From the human T2T-CHM13v2.0 reference genome, Homo sapiens, in contig CP086569.2 in the NCBI GenBank assembly GCA_009914755.4, positions 1,952,001-2,016,000 on the forward strand: a DNA stretch of 64,000 nucleotides, written 5' to 3'. Within the stretch, counting starts at the first letter, position 1. Each line of letters begins with the position of its first letter. Under the pieces are notes generated by a model. That model was not told where the DNA came from. It did not search any database and saw only the letters and a program-made list of their open reading frames with translations. This document shows positions 14,990-32,759 of this stretch, piece after piece. The position numbers were made by a program, and so were the translations under genes.

Positions 14990-15110
14990 AGGCTGTTAGG
15001 ACACGCTGCTGAGTCTGTGTTATTTTGTTACACGGCATGTGTAACTAATACACAAAATGACTCAGAAGCAAGGACTTCCTTCTTCTGCAGTAGAATAATA
15101 AAAGAGGGCT
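14990..15110. repeat. isolated copy of the 11775-12260 ~175-bp repeat unit
   Basis: cacgctgctgagtctgtgttattttgttacacggcatgtgtaactaatacacaaaatgactcagaagcaaggacttccttcttctgcagtag. Confidence 0.85.
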
Positions 15111-15774
15111 AGCACTTGCTTGTATTGACGGCTTGTATTTTCACGCGGTTCCGGCATGTGGCAATACCGAAGCACAAAGCTGGGGCGCATACGCACATTT
15201 ATTTTCTCATCGAAGACCATAAATAGTTCCCTTCCTCCCATACGTAGCCCATTCTCTTGACTTTCCTTTTCTGGGATGGACTGTGGGGTTCTCGCCGAGA
15301 GATGCTTGTGTGCCTCACTTGGGGATCGTAAACGCAAATGTGTCACCTCCTTCAGGAAGTTTTCCTGAACCCCAAGCCACGCCGGGCATCTCTAGATCTG
15401 GCTTCCGCAATCGCAACGACAGTACCCATCATTGCACCTCCTCACTTGCATGACCAGTATGTTTTTAAGCATGTCTCATATGCCTTGGATGCTACGTAAC
15501 TTTGGAACATACATTGAAATGATGCATCTTTGAGTGTCCAGAGCTAGGCTCTCTGGGCACACCCAGAAAAAAGTCAGCGGAAGAGGTAAAGGGAAGATGT
15601 ATGGGAGCTTGGGCCACGTCCTCTGCTGGCGCTCTGCCGCATGCCAGCTTCTGCCCCAGAGGGAGGGGAGGGAAGGAGAGGGAAAAAGAGAAAAGAAGAA
15701 AAGGGGAGAAAGGTGAAGTGAAAAATATCAGCATGAAGCAAAAATGTGTCCTCAGACAAAAAGGAAATGCATAG

Positions 15775-16125
15775 ACCCGAGGCAGACAGGAATAGGACCC
15801 AGGCAGATAGGAATAGGACCCAGGCAGATAGACCCAGGCAGACAGGAATAGGACCCAGGCAGATAGACCCCAGGCAGATAGGAATAGGACCCAGGCAGAT
15901 AGGAATAGGACCCAGGCAGATAGACCCCAGGCAGACAGGAATAGGACCCAGGCAGATAGGAATAGGACCCAGGCAGATAGACCCCAGGCAGATAGGAATA
16001 GGACCCAGGCAGATAGGAATAGGACCCGGGCAGATAGACCCCAGGCAGACAGGAATAGGACCCAGGCAGATAGGAATAGGACCCAGGCAGATAGACCCAG
16101 GCAGATAGGAATAGGACCCAGGCAG
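15775..16125. repeat. minisatellite, alternating 21-bp (cccaggcagataggaataggA) and 14-bp (cccaggcagataga) units
   Basis: About 20 units; the ORFs 15746..16108 and 15752..16129 are translations of this array. Confidence 0.9.
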
Positions 16126-16141
16126 GCACTGCAAGCTGTGA

Positions 16142-16522
<381 letters not shown>

Positions 16523-16699
16523 TAGGCTAAATGACGGTATCCTCCACTCCGTCCCTAAAAATCTCCTGGTCCTAATCTCTAGAACCTGTGAAAAGATTAC
16601 CTTGTATGAAAATAGGGTGTTTAGACATTAAAGGTTTTCAAATGAGGAAATTATCCTGTATTAGCCTAAATATAATGACAAAGATTTTTGTTTTTTGTT

Positions 16700-16811
16700 T
16701 GTTAGCTTTTATAGAGACAGGGGTCTCTCTATGTTGCCAAGGTAGGTCTCAAACTCCTGGCCTTGTTATCATACTGCTGCCCAAAATGCTAGGATGACAG
16801 GCGTGCGGAGT
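16700..16811 (-). mobile_element. Alu monomer fragment
   Basis: agagacaggggtctctctatgttgccaaggtaggtctcaaactcctggcc...gctaggatgacaggcgtgcgg. Confidence 0.7.
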
Positions 16812-17131
16812 TTTTTTTGTTTTGTCTTTTTGAGTTTTTTTTTTTTTTTTGACAAAGTCTTGCTCTGTCACCCAGGCTGGAATACAGCGGACAGATCTTG
16901 GCTGACTGCAACCTCCACTTCCCGAGTTCAAGTGATCCTCCCTTCCTCAGTCTCCCAAGTAGCTGGGATTACAGGCACCCGCCACCACGCCCGGCTTATT
17001 TTTGTATTTTTAGTAAAGATGGGGTTTCACCATGTTGGCCGGGCTGGTCTCAAACTCCTGACCTCAGGTGATCTGACCGCCTCGGCCTCCGAAAGTGCTG
17101 GGATGACAGGCATGAGCTACCACGCCTAGCC
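16812..17131 (-). mobile_element. Alu
   Basis: T-run then gacaaagtcttgctctgtcacccaggctgg...ggcatgagctaccacgcctagcc. Confidence 0.95.
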
Positions 17132-17675
17132 TGGGGTTTTTATAAGGAGGAGGAACAGGCATGCTTGAGACAGATGAGAGAAAATGATGATGTGAAGACA
17201 GAGGCAGAGACTGGAGTGATACAGCCACAAGCCGTGGGATGCCTGGAGCCCCCAGGAGCCGGGGGAGGCCAAAAGGATCCTCCCCTAGAGCGTCTGGATG
17301 GAGCTCAGCCCTGAGACACCTTGGATTTAAAGTCTTGTCCTCCAGACCTGGGAGAGGATATATTTCTATTGTGCAAGTTCCCCAGTTTTGGTGTTTTTTT
17401 TTTTTTTTTTGTTAGTTCAATATGATTTTATTCAAAAATGTATACAGCTGAAGGAGGGATCTGGTCTTTTGTTAAAAAAAAAAAAAAACAATTTTCACAG
17501 TATATATTTGGCCATTTTAGCTCTGTAGTGAACAATACCAGAAAAGGAAGTTTCTGTTCAAGATCCTGACTCCAGCACACTCAGCCAGGTTGCTTGGCAA
17601 GATGACACATTTCCTGGTCTGAAGCACACAGCCCATCCTCTCACCTAAGTGGAACAGCAGTTCTCCTGCAGGCGC

Positions 17676-17704
17676 GTGTGCACACACACACACACACACA
17701 CACA
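17676..17704. repeat. (CA)n microsatellite
   Basis: gtgtgcacacacacacacacacacacacacg. Confidence 0.95.
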
Positions 17705-17770
17705 CGAGGTCTTATTTTCACTGCTCTACACAGGGTCCTGAGAACCCTTACTTTTAAAGTTGGGAAAAAC

Positions 17771-18087
<317 letters not shown>

Positions 18088-18588
18088 GGAAAAATGTGGA
18101 AGGATTCCTTAACTCATTGTCTGCGACAAATCCAGCTGCCTTTTAACTCTTAGCAACTGCCAGTATCAAATACTTGAAAGTGACGAGATGCTCCATTTAA
18201 TGCAACAACTCAAATGCTAAGCAATTCGGTCAAGTCACATGCTTGAATATTTTTAAATGTCACTTAAAACTTATCGAGAGAAGATAAGATGTGCTTTTCA
18301 CAGTAACCCTAAGGAACTCACACAGAATAAAAATCTTAACCCTAACGGAGCGTGAATCCACAGTAACAAATGCCTTCTGTCACTGTGATTCTGACAGTGA
18401 GACAGTATCATATGAAGACGGGAGATTCACGCACCTGCTGTGTCTGATGCCCCTCTCGGCACCTAGCATGGTGAATGATGTCCACGCTTCCCGTAGCCCA
18501 CACACCACACCCTCCAATGCAGAAAGTGAGTCTACAATTCTCACTGTTGCTCTTGAGGCTGCCAATAACTCATCCAACTTTTCTTTTA

Positions 18589-19014
<426 letters not shown>

Positions 19015-19084
19015 TTAATGCTGCCCAAGAGATGAAGTCAACTGGAAAGACACAGAGGCATGTGTTGATAAATAGGGATCAAGA

Positions 19085-19320
19085 AGAAAAAAAAATTCCT
19101 TTTGTTTGGAGTTCTGGCAAATCGCCTGGTTTGGAGGAACTGAATTACCCCTTCTTCTTTGCGATAGAGAACATCATTATGGAATGAACTGTACCTCCCT
19201 AAAAAATCCTTTTGTCTGAGGCTCTGGCAAACCTCCTAATTTGGAGGAATTGAATAGTGCCTTCATTTTTTCTTTGCAATAGATATAGGACATCGTTATA
19301 GACTGAGCCGTGCCCTCCCT
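19085..19320. repeat. ~115-bp tandem duplication x2
   Basis: aaaaaat(t)ccttttgt(t/c)tg(g/a)g(t/g)tctggcaaa(t/c)c(g/t)cct..tttggaggaa(c/t)tgaat... is repeated. Confidence 0.7.
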
Positions 19321-19439
19321 CACTCATCATCAGAACCCTTAAACTCCAATGTGACTTTATTTGCAGACAGGGCCTGTAGGAGCTCAAAAGGGTGAGGCCC
19401 TCGTCCAGTAGGACTGGTGTCCTTATAATCAGAGAAACA

Positions 19440-19860
19440 CACACCAGGTGTGATGGTTAATGCCGAGTGTCAACCTGATTGGATTGAAGGATGCAAAGTA
19501 TTGATCCTGGGTGTGTCTGTGAGGGTGTGGCCAAACAAGTTTAACATTTGAGTTAGTGGGGTGGGAAAGGCAGACCCACCCTTAATCGGGGTGGGCACCA
19601 TCTAATCAGCTGCCAGCACAGCACATTCAAAAAGCAGGCAAAAGAATGTGAAAAGGTTAGACTGGCCTAGCCTCCCATGCTACAGCTTTCTCCCGTGCTG
19701 GATGCTTCCTGCCCTCAAAAATTGGACTCCAAGTTCTTCAGCTTTAGCACTCGGGCTGGCTTCCTTGCTCCTCAGCTCGCAGACAGCTTATTGTAGGACC
19801 TTGTGATCCTGTGAGTTAATACTGAATAAACCCCCCTTTATATATAGCTATTTATCCTGT
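19440..19860 (+). mobile_element. LTR-like interspersed repeat (tgtgatggttaat...ccttgtgatcctgtgagttaatactgaataaacccc), family uncertain
   Basis: Matches a common human LTR-type repeat: gtgggcaccatctaatcagctgccagcacagcac ... cttgctcctcagctcgcagacagc. Confidence 0.4.
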
Positions 19861-20200
19861 TAGTTATATCCCTCTAGAGAACCCTGGCCAACACAGGGTG
19901 CATCCCTCACCCCCTATATCTATCACCCTGCTGCCTGAGTTGATAGGAAAGCAGAAAGAGCCCCTTTTTAATGTTTAATTTTATTAAGTATGCAATTTCC
20001 CAGTGCCCAAACTCATGTTGATTTCAAAAACTGCCCTTTTAAAGCATGTGGACAGGGTAACAATTCATAGCAGGTGACAAAAATGTTTTATAAATAATAT
20101 CCACGGAAACAGAAGGTGTCACCGTCTGCAGAATGCAGCCAAAATATTCAGAAGATTTGTATCACTCTAAGTTCTCGTGCTAGTAAGAAATAAAAAAGCA

Positions 20201-20508
<308 letters not shown>

Positions 20509-20626
20509 TCATTAGATATTAGCCTTTCTTTGCTGAGCCTTGCACATTTCCACGAGGTGTCTCTGGAAGCAGGTTAGCTTTGGTCTTATTGCTGCGTGGA
20601 GCAGAGATGAGAGGGATGGGCCATGA

Positions 20627-21004
<378 letters not shown>

Positions 21005-21394
21005 TCATCTAGCTCTTGATGACATACTCAGACCAACCCGTGGGGTCCCGGGTCCCCAGAACAGAGGTGGACATGGCTCCGATATCACAAGAACTGGCGC
21101 TTCCTGCAGCACACACCTGAGGTTGAGACACAGTGATTAGGTTTTGTTTTATTGTGGCTGATCCAGGACACTTTAAATAACACAACATCCAAGAGTCAGC
21201 CAAACGTGGCAGCCAAAAGTGCTCCTGACCTTGTGATCTGAAATATATACTTTAACCTTCTCTTGGAAGGCATGTTTTAAGATAATATAACAGCTTCCTC
21301 ATCATGGAGAATGAAGCCCATCTGTACCAAGTCACCAGGCCATCAAGGAAAAGGAAATAAGTACTTTCAATATTTTCCTTAGAGAAATACAGTT

Positions 21395-21770
<376 letters not shown>

Positions 21771-22315
21771 TTACTGCAAGCTGTCTGTGGTGAGACATGT
21801 TCAGAAATTGAAAGTAAATGTTTAGAAACTTAAAAAATAATGACAGTCATTTAAGCTTTGTTCAATCCAATGACTTAAAAAAAACACACTGAGAGCTTCT
21901 AGTTTCCATGTTTCTTAAATGCATTTTTTTTAGTAATTCATTTTTATTGTATCTACGGCAGTTATCAATCTGCTGCAGATTAGGGGAGAGGCAGTTTTGC
22001 CATGGAGAGTTTAAAAGCGCTGATTCTGAGCACAGTGTCATCTGGATAGAAACTCCTGAGGTACTGCTGTAATTTTCCACAAAAACACTTGTGGGGATGT
22101 AAGAAAGAGGAAAACCCATACTACTGCTAATAATTGGAACCAGTGATCAAAGGATGGGTAAAAGCACAAGCTGAGCTTCCAAAAACAGCAGTGTGAATGG
22201 ATTTTTTTTAAAAAAACTAGAAGATGCATTTTTCTTGCTCCTTGAGAAAAAAGGCTTATAGCCACTAGCAACATGAACATCAGCATTCTATTGAGATCAC
22301 TGGCTTGCGAGGTGG

Positions 22316-22731
22316 TGATATAGTTTAGATCTGTGTCCCCACCCAAATCTCATGTTGAATTGTAATCCGCAGTGTTGGAGGAGTGGCCTGGGGAGAGGTG
22401 ATGGGATCATGGAGGTGGATTTCTCACGAATGGGTTAGCGCCATCCCCTTGGTGATGTTCTTGTGACCATGAATGAGTTCCCACAAGATCTGGTTGTTTA
22501 AAAGTGCACAGCACCTCCCCTCCACTCTTGCTCCTGCTCTAGCCATTAAGACGTGCTGGCTTCCACTTCACCTTCCATCATGATTGTAAGTTGCCTGAGG
22601 CCTCCCCAGAAGCAGAAGCTGCTCTGCTTCCTGTACAGCTTGCAGAACCATGAGCCAATTAAACCTCTTTTCTTTATAAATCATCCAATCTCAGGTACTT
22701 CTTTATAGCAATGCAAGAACAGACTAATACA
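22316..22731 (+). mobile_element. ERVL-MaLR-type solo LTR (MST/MLT-like), complete
   Basis: tgatatagtttagatctgtgtccccacccaaatctcatgttgaattgtaatcc...ccatgagccaattaaacctcttttctttataaatcatccaatctcaggtacttctttatagcaatgcaagaacagactaatacag. Confidence 0.7.
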
Positions 22732-23452
22732 GATGGATGCATGCATGGACGGATGGACGGATGAATTGATGGATGGGTGGAAGGATGGGTAGATGGATGG
22801 ATAGGTGGATGGATGGATGGATTGGATAGATGGATGGATAAATGGATGGATGGATGGATGGGTGGATGGGTGGGTGGGTGGGTGGATGGGTGGGTGGATG
22901 GGTGGGTGGATGGATGGATGGATGGATGGGTGGATGGGTGGATGGGTGGATGGATGGATGGATGGATAAATGGATGGATGGATGGATGGATGGATGGGTG
23001 GGTGGGTGGATCGATGGATTGATGGATGGATACATGAGAGGATGGGTGAGTGGATGGATGGATGAATTGATGGATGGACGGATGGATGAACTGATGGATG
23101 GATGGATGGATGGATGGATGGATGGATGGATGGATGGGTGGGTGGGTGGATTGATGGGTGGATAGATGGATGGATGGATAAATGGATGGATGGATGAATG
23201 GATGGATGGATGGATGGATGGATGAACTGATGGATGGATGGATGGATGGATGGATGGATAAATGGATGGATGGATGGATGGATGGATGGATGGATAAATG
23301 GATGGATGGATGGGTGGGTGGGTGGATGGATGGGTGGGTGGGTGGGTGGATGGATGGATGGATGAATGGATGGATGGATGGATGGATGAACTGATGGATG
23401 GATGGATGGATGGATGGATGGATAGATGGATGGATGAATTGATAGATGGGTA
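22732..23452. repeat. (GGAT)n/(TGGA)n microsatellite with GGGT/GAAT/AAAT variants, ~720 bp
   Basis: ggatggatggatgggtgg... runs between the two MaLR LTRs. The ORFs 22674..23480 and 22681..23484 are translations of it. Confidence 0.95.
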
Positions 23453-23453
23453 G

Positions 23454-23860
23454 TGATATGGTTTGGATCTGTGTCCTCATTCAAATCTCAAGTTGAATTG
23501 GAATCCCCAGTGCTGGAGGTGGACCCTTGTAGGGGGAGATTGGGTCACGGGGGTGGATGTCTCAGGAATAGTTTAGTGCCATCCCCTGGGTGCTGTGCTT
23601 GCAATAGTGAATGAGTTCTCGTGGCATCTGGTTGTTGAAAAGTGTGTAGCATCTCCCCAGCCCACCCCAACTGCACCTCTGTCTCTCCTTCTCTTGCTAG
23701 GGCCATGTAAGACACCTGCTTTCCTTCACTTTCCACTATGATTATGCATTTCCTCATGCCTCCCTAGAAGCAGAAGCTGCTCTGCTTCCCGTACAGCCTG
23801 CAGATCCATGAGCCAATTAAACTTCTTTTCTTTATAAATTACCCAGTCTCAGTGTAGCAA
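23454..23860 (+). mobile_element. ERVL-MaLR-type LTR (same family as 22316-22731), 3' end truncated
   Basis: tgatatggtttggatctgtgtcctcattcaaatctcaagttgaattggaatcc...ccatgagccaattaaacttcttttctttataaattacccagtctcag. Confidence 0.7.
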
Positions 23861-23861
23861 T

Positions 23862-24305
23862 TCCTCAAAGACCTAGAACCAGAAACACCATTTGACCCAG
23901 CAATCCCATTACTAGGTATATATCCAAATAAATAGAAATCATTCTATTATAAAGATACAGGCACACATATGTTCATTGCAGCACTATTCACAATAGCAAG
24001 GATGTGGAATCAACTCAAATGCCCAAGAATGATAGACTGAATTAAAAAAAATGGTACATATACACCGTGGAATACTATGCAGCCATAAAAAGGAACGAGA
24101 TCATGTCCTTTGCAGGGACATGGATGGAGCTAGAAGCCATTATTCTTGGCAAACTAATGCAGGAACAGAAAACCAAACACTGTACACTCTCACTCATAAG
24201 TGGGTGCTTAACAATGAGAACACATGGATACAGGGAGGGGAACAACACACACTGGGGCGTGTTGTGGGTGGGGGTCAGGGAGGGGGAGAGCATCAGGAAA
24301 AATAG
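23862..24305 (+). mobile_element. L1 ORF2 3' fragment
   Basis: ttcctcaaagacctagaaccagaaacaccatttgacccagcaatcccattactaggtatatatcc...ggaatactatgcagccataaaaaggaacgagatcatgtcctttgcagggacatggatgg. Confidence 0.85.
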
Positions 24306-25068
24306 CTAATGCCTGCTCAGTAGTGAAGTACAAATCAAAACCACAATGAGATACCACCTCACATCAGTTAGAAGGGCGATCATTAAAAAATCAGGAAACA
24401 ACAGATGCTGGAGAGGATGTGGAGAAACAGGAATGCTTTTACACTGTTGGTGAGAGTGGAAGTTAGTTCAACCATTGTGGAAGACACTGTGGCGATTCCT
24501 CAAGGATCTAGAACCAGAAATACCATTTGACCCAGCAATCCCATGACTGGGTATATACCCAAAGGATTATAAATCATCCTACTATAAAGACACATGCACA
24601 TGTGTGTTTACTGCAGCACTGTTCACAATATTAAAGACTTGGAACCAACGCAAATGCCCGTCATTGATAGACTGAATAAAGAAAATGTGGCACATAGACA
24701 CCATGGACTACTATGCAGACATTAAAAAGGATGAGTTCATGTGCTTTGCAGGGACACGGATGAATCTGGAAACCATCATTCTCAGCAAACTAACACAAGA
24801 ACAGAAAACTAAACACCACATGTTCTCACTCTTAAGTGGGAGTTGAGCAATGAGAACACAGGGACACAGGGAGGGGAACATCACACACTGGGGCCTGTTG
24901 GGGGGTGGGGGGCAAGGGGAGAGATAGCTTTAAAAGAAATACCTAATGTAGATAACGAGTTGATGGGTGCAGCAAACCACCATGGCACGTCTATACCTAT
25001 ATAACAAACCTGCATGTTCTGCACATGTACCCCAGAACTTAAAGTACAATAATAAAAAGAATAGCTAA
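24306..25068 (+). mobile_element. L1 3' end (ORF2 C-terminus + 3'UTR)
   Basis: caaatcaaaaccacaatgagataccacctcacatcagttagaagggcgatcattaaaaaatcaggaaacaacagatgctggagaggatgtggag...cctgcatgttctgcacatgtaccccagaacttaaagtacaataataaaaag. Confidence 0.9.
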
Positions 25069-25084
25069 CTCATGCTGGGCTTAA

Positions 25085-25235
25085 TACTTAAGTGATGGGT
25101 TGATAGGTGCAGCAAACCACCACGGCACATGTTTATCTATGTACAATCCTGCATATGTACCCGGAACTTAAAATTTTTAAAAATTACCCAGTCTCAGGTA
25201 TTTCTTCAGAGCAGTGTGAGAACGGAGTAATACAG
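25085..25235 (+). mobile_element. L1 3'UTR fragment fused to MaLR LTR 3' tail
   Basis: gatgggttgataggtgcagcaaaccaccacggcacatg...then aaaaattacccagtctcaggtatttcttcagagcagtgtgagaacggagtaatacagg. Confidence 0.6.
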
Positions 25236-25450
25236 GCAACCAACGGGCTTTGCTCATTCTTGCAATCAGCATCTTTTTTTTTTTGCATCCATTCAGGAGC
25301 TACCTCGCACCAAGAGAAACACTGGTAGGAAGGGTAAGGGGAACAGGGTATGGTTGGCATCACTAGGGGAAGATGAGCCGATACATCAAGCCCTGCAGCA
25401 GGGGAAGGCAGAATGCTCACTGGGTGCTAGAACTTGAACTTCACCCCTGA

Positions 25451-26050
<600 letters not shown>

Positions 26051-26099
26051 GAAATGAGTCTGTTCTGGATCTGATTTCTTCCTGATTCAATCTTGGGAG

Positions 26100-26965
<866 letters not shown>

Positions 26966-27424
26966 TCAGTGGCTGCGTTCACCTGGAACCTAACCCATGT
27001 AGGAGCTGCGTCCCTTTCCCAGGGCACCATGAGAGGGACCAGGGAACCGAACACAGGAGGATCTCCGGAAGACTTGAGATAGGTTTTTTCATTCCACCTG
27101 GAGTACCTTCAACGATACCTTCATTCTATTTAGATAATTTAGAGAAATGAAAGTTAGAGTGTTTGGGAGTATTTAACGCACTCCTAGGAGCTACGAAATG
27201 AGTGTCTGCCACGTAGCTCATGGAATAAGATGGAGTATACCAGTTATCCATGTGGCAAGAACAGAAAAGAAGCAGGAAGTACAGCTTCAGCCAACGAGGG
27301 CGCTCCCAGTTACTGGTCATGATATAAAGCCAAAATGGTGGCCTCCTACACTCAGAGCCTGTGAAAAAGGTGATGTCTGTATCTTGATGGTAAAGATACA
27401 GAGTATTAAAAAGGAGGAATTACA

Positions 27425-27495
27425 ATTGTTAAAACAACTGTTCGACAATTGTTCGACAATTGTTTTAACAATTGTTCAACAATTGTTAAAACGTT
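27425..27495. repeat. (CAATTGTT[CGA/TAA]A)n short tandem repeat
   Basis: gttcgacaattgttcgacaattgttttaacaattgttcaacaattgttaaaacg. Confidence 0.85.
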
Positions 27496-27789
27496 CACAT
27501 TTATCAGCCAAACAAGCAAAAACCAAGTAGAAATGGCCCTAGTCACACAAGACAGCAATGATTCAAGTCTAAAACGTTAATGGAACAAGGAGGATCATCG
27601 CCTATGAAGGCATGGTTTGGATCTGTGTAACCAACCTTGTAACCCAACAGGGCTAACTTGAAAATCATAAACCAAATGCTGAATTGAGATGAAGCTATAA
27701 TGTGCCATTTTCACAGCATTTTCTTCAGAATAACACAATATCCAAGTATATTTTTCAAGAATTCCTAGGTAGGCAGGGAGAAATGAACA

Positions 27790-27960
27790 AAATCAACATT
27801 GTGGGGGAAGGAGGAAAGGATGGGTGGAAAGAGGGAAGGGGAGGGGAGGGGAGGGAAGCAAGAATGAATGGAAGGAGGGAAGAAAGAAAGGGAGGGAGGG
27901 AGAAAGGAGGGAAGAAAGGGAAGGAGGAAAGGATGGGTGGAAACGGGGAAGGAAGGAAGA
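27790..27960. repeat. GGAA/GGGA-rich polypurine simple repeat
   Basis: ggaaggaggaaaggatgggtggaaagagggaaggggaggggaggggagggaagc... Confidence 0.85.
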
Positions 27961-28687
27961 AGGAGAAACAAGGTCCCAGAAAATACTGTCAATAATATAT
28001 TTAATGAGGCAGGAAATGCAAACTTACAAATAGGAAACACTGTACTGTATGAAAAAAGCTGTAAAATGATAGGTTTCTGTTTCTTAGTATCCTGATAATA
28101 TGTTACATTTGTAAGTAAAATGTGAAAATCTCGAGGAAATAATTTTCTCAGAGATACTAATTATCCCAATTCAATCAAGGAAATTAGGTCTAATCAGACC
28201 AATAGCTATAAGAAAAATAGAGAAGAATAATGAAAGAATGGCATGAAGAAAGGGTAGATGAGTGCAGAGGGTATTTTAGAAAATTCTTCTAGACTTTCAA
28301 AGAACAGATAAGTGCCCTGATACTGACTGGTTGGACAAAAAGAGTCTGAGGTGGTTTGTTTTGTGAAATTTATGCTGTTCTGATAGAAATTCTGAAAAAA
28401 GCATAGCAGAAGAAATTTGCTAGGAGGGCAGGAATTGCTTGATGAGTAACATTTATATATACAGAAGAAAAAAATCATAAAAATGTAAACTTAAAGAAGT
28501 CTTCCACTGAGACATACAAAAGCAAATGTATTTAATACTAAGAAAAAAATTTCCAGAAATGCTGTCCATTCTGAAATATTATTAAAGAGCTCCTAGAATA
28601 AATGTGATAAGTGTGTCCATAACCACTACCTGAAAATCAGATCTTAGTCAACCTTGTAACCCAACTGGGCTAATTTGAAAATCATCA

Positions 28688-28999
<312 letters not shown>

Positions 29000-29584
29000 C
29001 CCATCATTTAGACCAGGAGGCAGCGCTTGTGGAGAAGGCGTTCAGCTCAGAGCAGCAACAGCTTTCAAGCATCTACCAACAGCCAACACAGCCCCTGAAT
29101 CCGTCTGCACCTGCCCCGTCCCTACGCATCCTAATAAATTCACGAGTGTCCTGGTAAGCCAGAACCTCCGGGATCCAGGCAGCCAGAGGACAGTTCTTCC
29201 CGCACTTGTGGGTAGCAACAGCCGTCCTGCTACCCAAAAAGCCCAGTTCTTGGAGCCAAGAGCTGATGCGACCACAGCCTGCAAAGTCTTGAGCAGGGAC
29301 GAAGCTCATGATGGCTTCTGGCCTCTCTTCATTCAGGAGGGAAGGAACCCAGGTGCCCGAACTGCCGGAATTTGCCAAGAAGGAGGGCAGATTGGTTGTC
29401 ACCCCCTGCGTCTCTCATTTCTATATATTTATCAATTTAAAAATAAAGGTGAAATACCAGTATCTCTTAGTCGTTATGCAGGTATGGAGCGCCTCTCTGG
29501 AGACCTGAAATCCTATTTTCTTTGTATGAGGCAGCTATCCATCTGCCCCTAAGACCTACTGTGAAAGACGCTGCAGCGAGATTA

Positions 29585-30382
<798 letters not shown>

Positions 30383-31410
30383 TCATTGTGTTTACTACGA
30401 TGGCCCTCCTCTCCCTCTTGAGCACTTGAGATACATCACTACGAGAGAACTCAAGTTAAAACAATGCTCCTCGGATACACAGCTGTCCTCAGAAACCACC
30501 TTCAGGATAAACTCTGTAAATATTGTTGTCAGAATGGTAAAGTGTTCAGATAATTAAAGTTGTCCTCTGACTCCCAGGTCTAGTCTAGAAAAGAAGATTA
30601 AAATGAAAGCACCATTGACCCACCCGCGAGGCAAAGAGCAGATGCCCCAAAGAGCTTGTGTAAGTAAAGAGGAAAGAAAGGCTTTCGAAGACAAGGCACT
30701 ACCCAAGGGCGAGAAGTCAATCTTGATGTTGCCGTGGAAACGCGGACTTGTGAAGAGCTTTCAAGAACAATTCTGTCTCCAAGGAGGTAAATCGTCCTCC
30801 TGGGAATGCGTTGAAACCATTATCCACCCACAGGACTGGGCTAAAAGTAAACTTCAGGGTAGCTTGGATGAGCAGCATAGGTTGCTAATGAGCGTCGATT
30901 TAATGGTCTGAGTTGTTTATACATCAAAAAGAAGTTACCAAGGGTCTACCTGTCTGCTGTTTGGATACACTGGAAACCAGTTAAAACTTAATTCCTAAGA
31001 AGCTGTTTCCCACTGTGTTCAAATTTAAATGCTTCAAGAGTAATGCTTCTGGGCACAAAATGGAAAAAGTGGGGAAAATCCAACGGCATCAAAATCCCCA
31101 CGCCACCACCCATGCTGCAAGCACTGTAAGCTGTGATAGTATCTGTCTGCTAAAGGTGCTAAAGAGAAAGCTTGAGGAACTGAGACCGGGCAGGGACCCC
31201 TCTTAGGGGCAAACCAGGAAACTCTCTCCACCCCCGACCAAGCATGGAAATCAAGAGAAATCTTGAGTTCCTTCCAGGAAGGAAACTCCAGGCACTTCGC
31301 TGGCTGGGAGAAGTTAATGAGCAACTTGATGAAGAAGAAAGTCACAGTAGCTTAAAATAACAACCAAGGAAATTAGAGTCAGGGATGTTCGCTTCCCTAG
31401 AGCAACTAAT

Positions 31411-31790
31411 AAAGAAAATGTGGCACGTAGACACCATGGAATACTATGCAGCCATAAAAAAGGATGAGTTCATGTCCTTTGCAGGGACATGGATGAAGCT
31501 GGAAACCATCATTCTCAGGAAACTATCACAGGAACAGAAAACCAAACACTGCATGTTTTCACTCATAAGGGGGAGTTGAACAATGAGAACACATGGACAC
31601 AGGGAGGGGAACATCACACACAGGGGTCTTTCGGGGACTGGGGGACTAGGGGAGGGAGAGCATTAGGACAAATACCTAATGTAGATGATGGATGGCAGCA
31701 AACTACCATGGCACGTGTATACCTAGTAACAAACCTGCATATTCTGCACATGTACCCCAGAAGTTAAAGTATAATTAAAAAAAATAAAAG
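31411..31790 (+). mobile_element. L1 3' end fragment
   Basis: aaagaaaatgtggcacgtagacaccatggaatactatgcagccataaaaaaggatgagttcatgtcctttgcagggacatggatgaagctgg...catattctgcacatgtaccccagaagttaaagtataattaaaaaaaat. Confidence 0.9.
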
Positions 31791-32030
31791 AAACTCACAC
31801 CTCTACCCTATGGAATCCTCTGGCATGAAGACCTCAGACGTGGGAGAGCTAGGGACTGAACTCTGATCCCTGTTCCTTGTTTTAAATTTCTTCCTGAGGG
31901 TCCTGGAGGAGGTCCTGCCAATGGGCCAGATCCAATGTGCTTTTACTGCTGACCGCAAGTCTTAGACAAAGCTCCACTTCCTTAACCAATTGCAAGTCCA
32001 AAAGTCTTTGAATCCACCTTGTTCCTGTAA

Positions 32031-32367
<337 letters not shown>

Positions 32368-32424
32368 CCAAGATATCCCTTTTTAGGCCAAACCAACGTA
32401 TAGCTTCCATGTATTGATTTATGA

Positions 32425-32727
<303 letters not shown>

Positions 32728-32759
32728 GTGATTTATAATTGTTGATGAAAAGAGTCAAA

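Noticed and set aside
22674-23484. ORFs 22674..23480(-) and 22681..23484(-), ~267 aa, [10 protein letters not shown]...
   Set aside because: They are a translation of the (GGAT)n microsatellite.
30603-30911. ORF 30603..30911(+) 102 aa in unique sequence (MKAPLTHPRGKEQMPQRACVSKEERKAFEDKALPKGEK...)
   Set aside because: The composition is not low-complexity, but I do not recognise the protein. No flanking splice or promoter signals stand out. A 100-aa ORF is expected by chance in 64 kb. It is left uncalled; a blastx would settle it.
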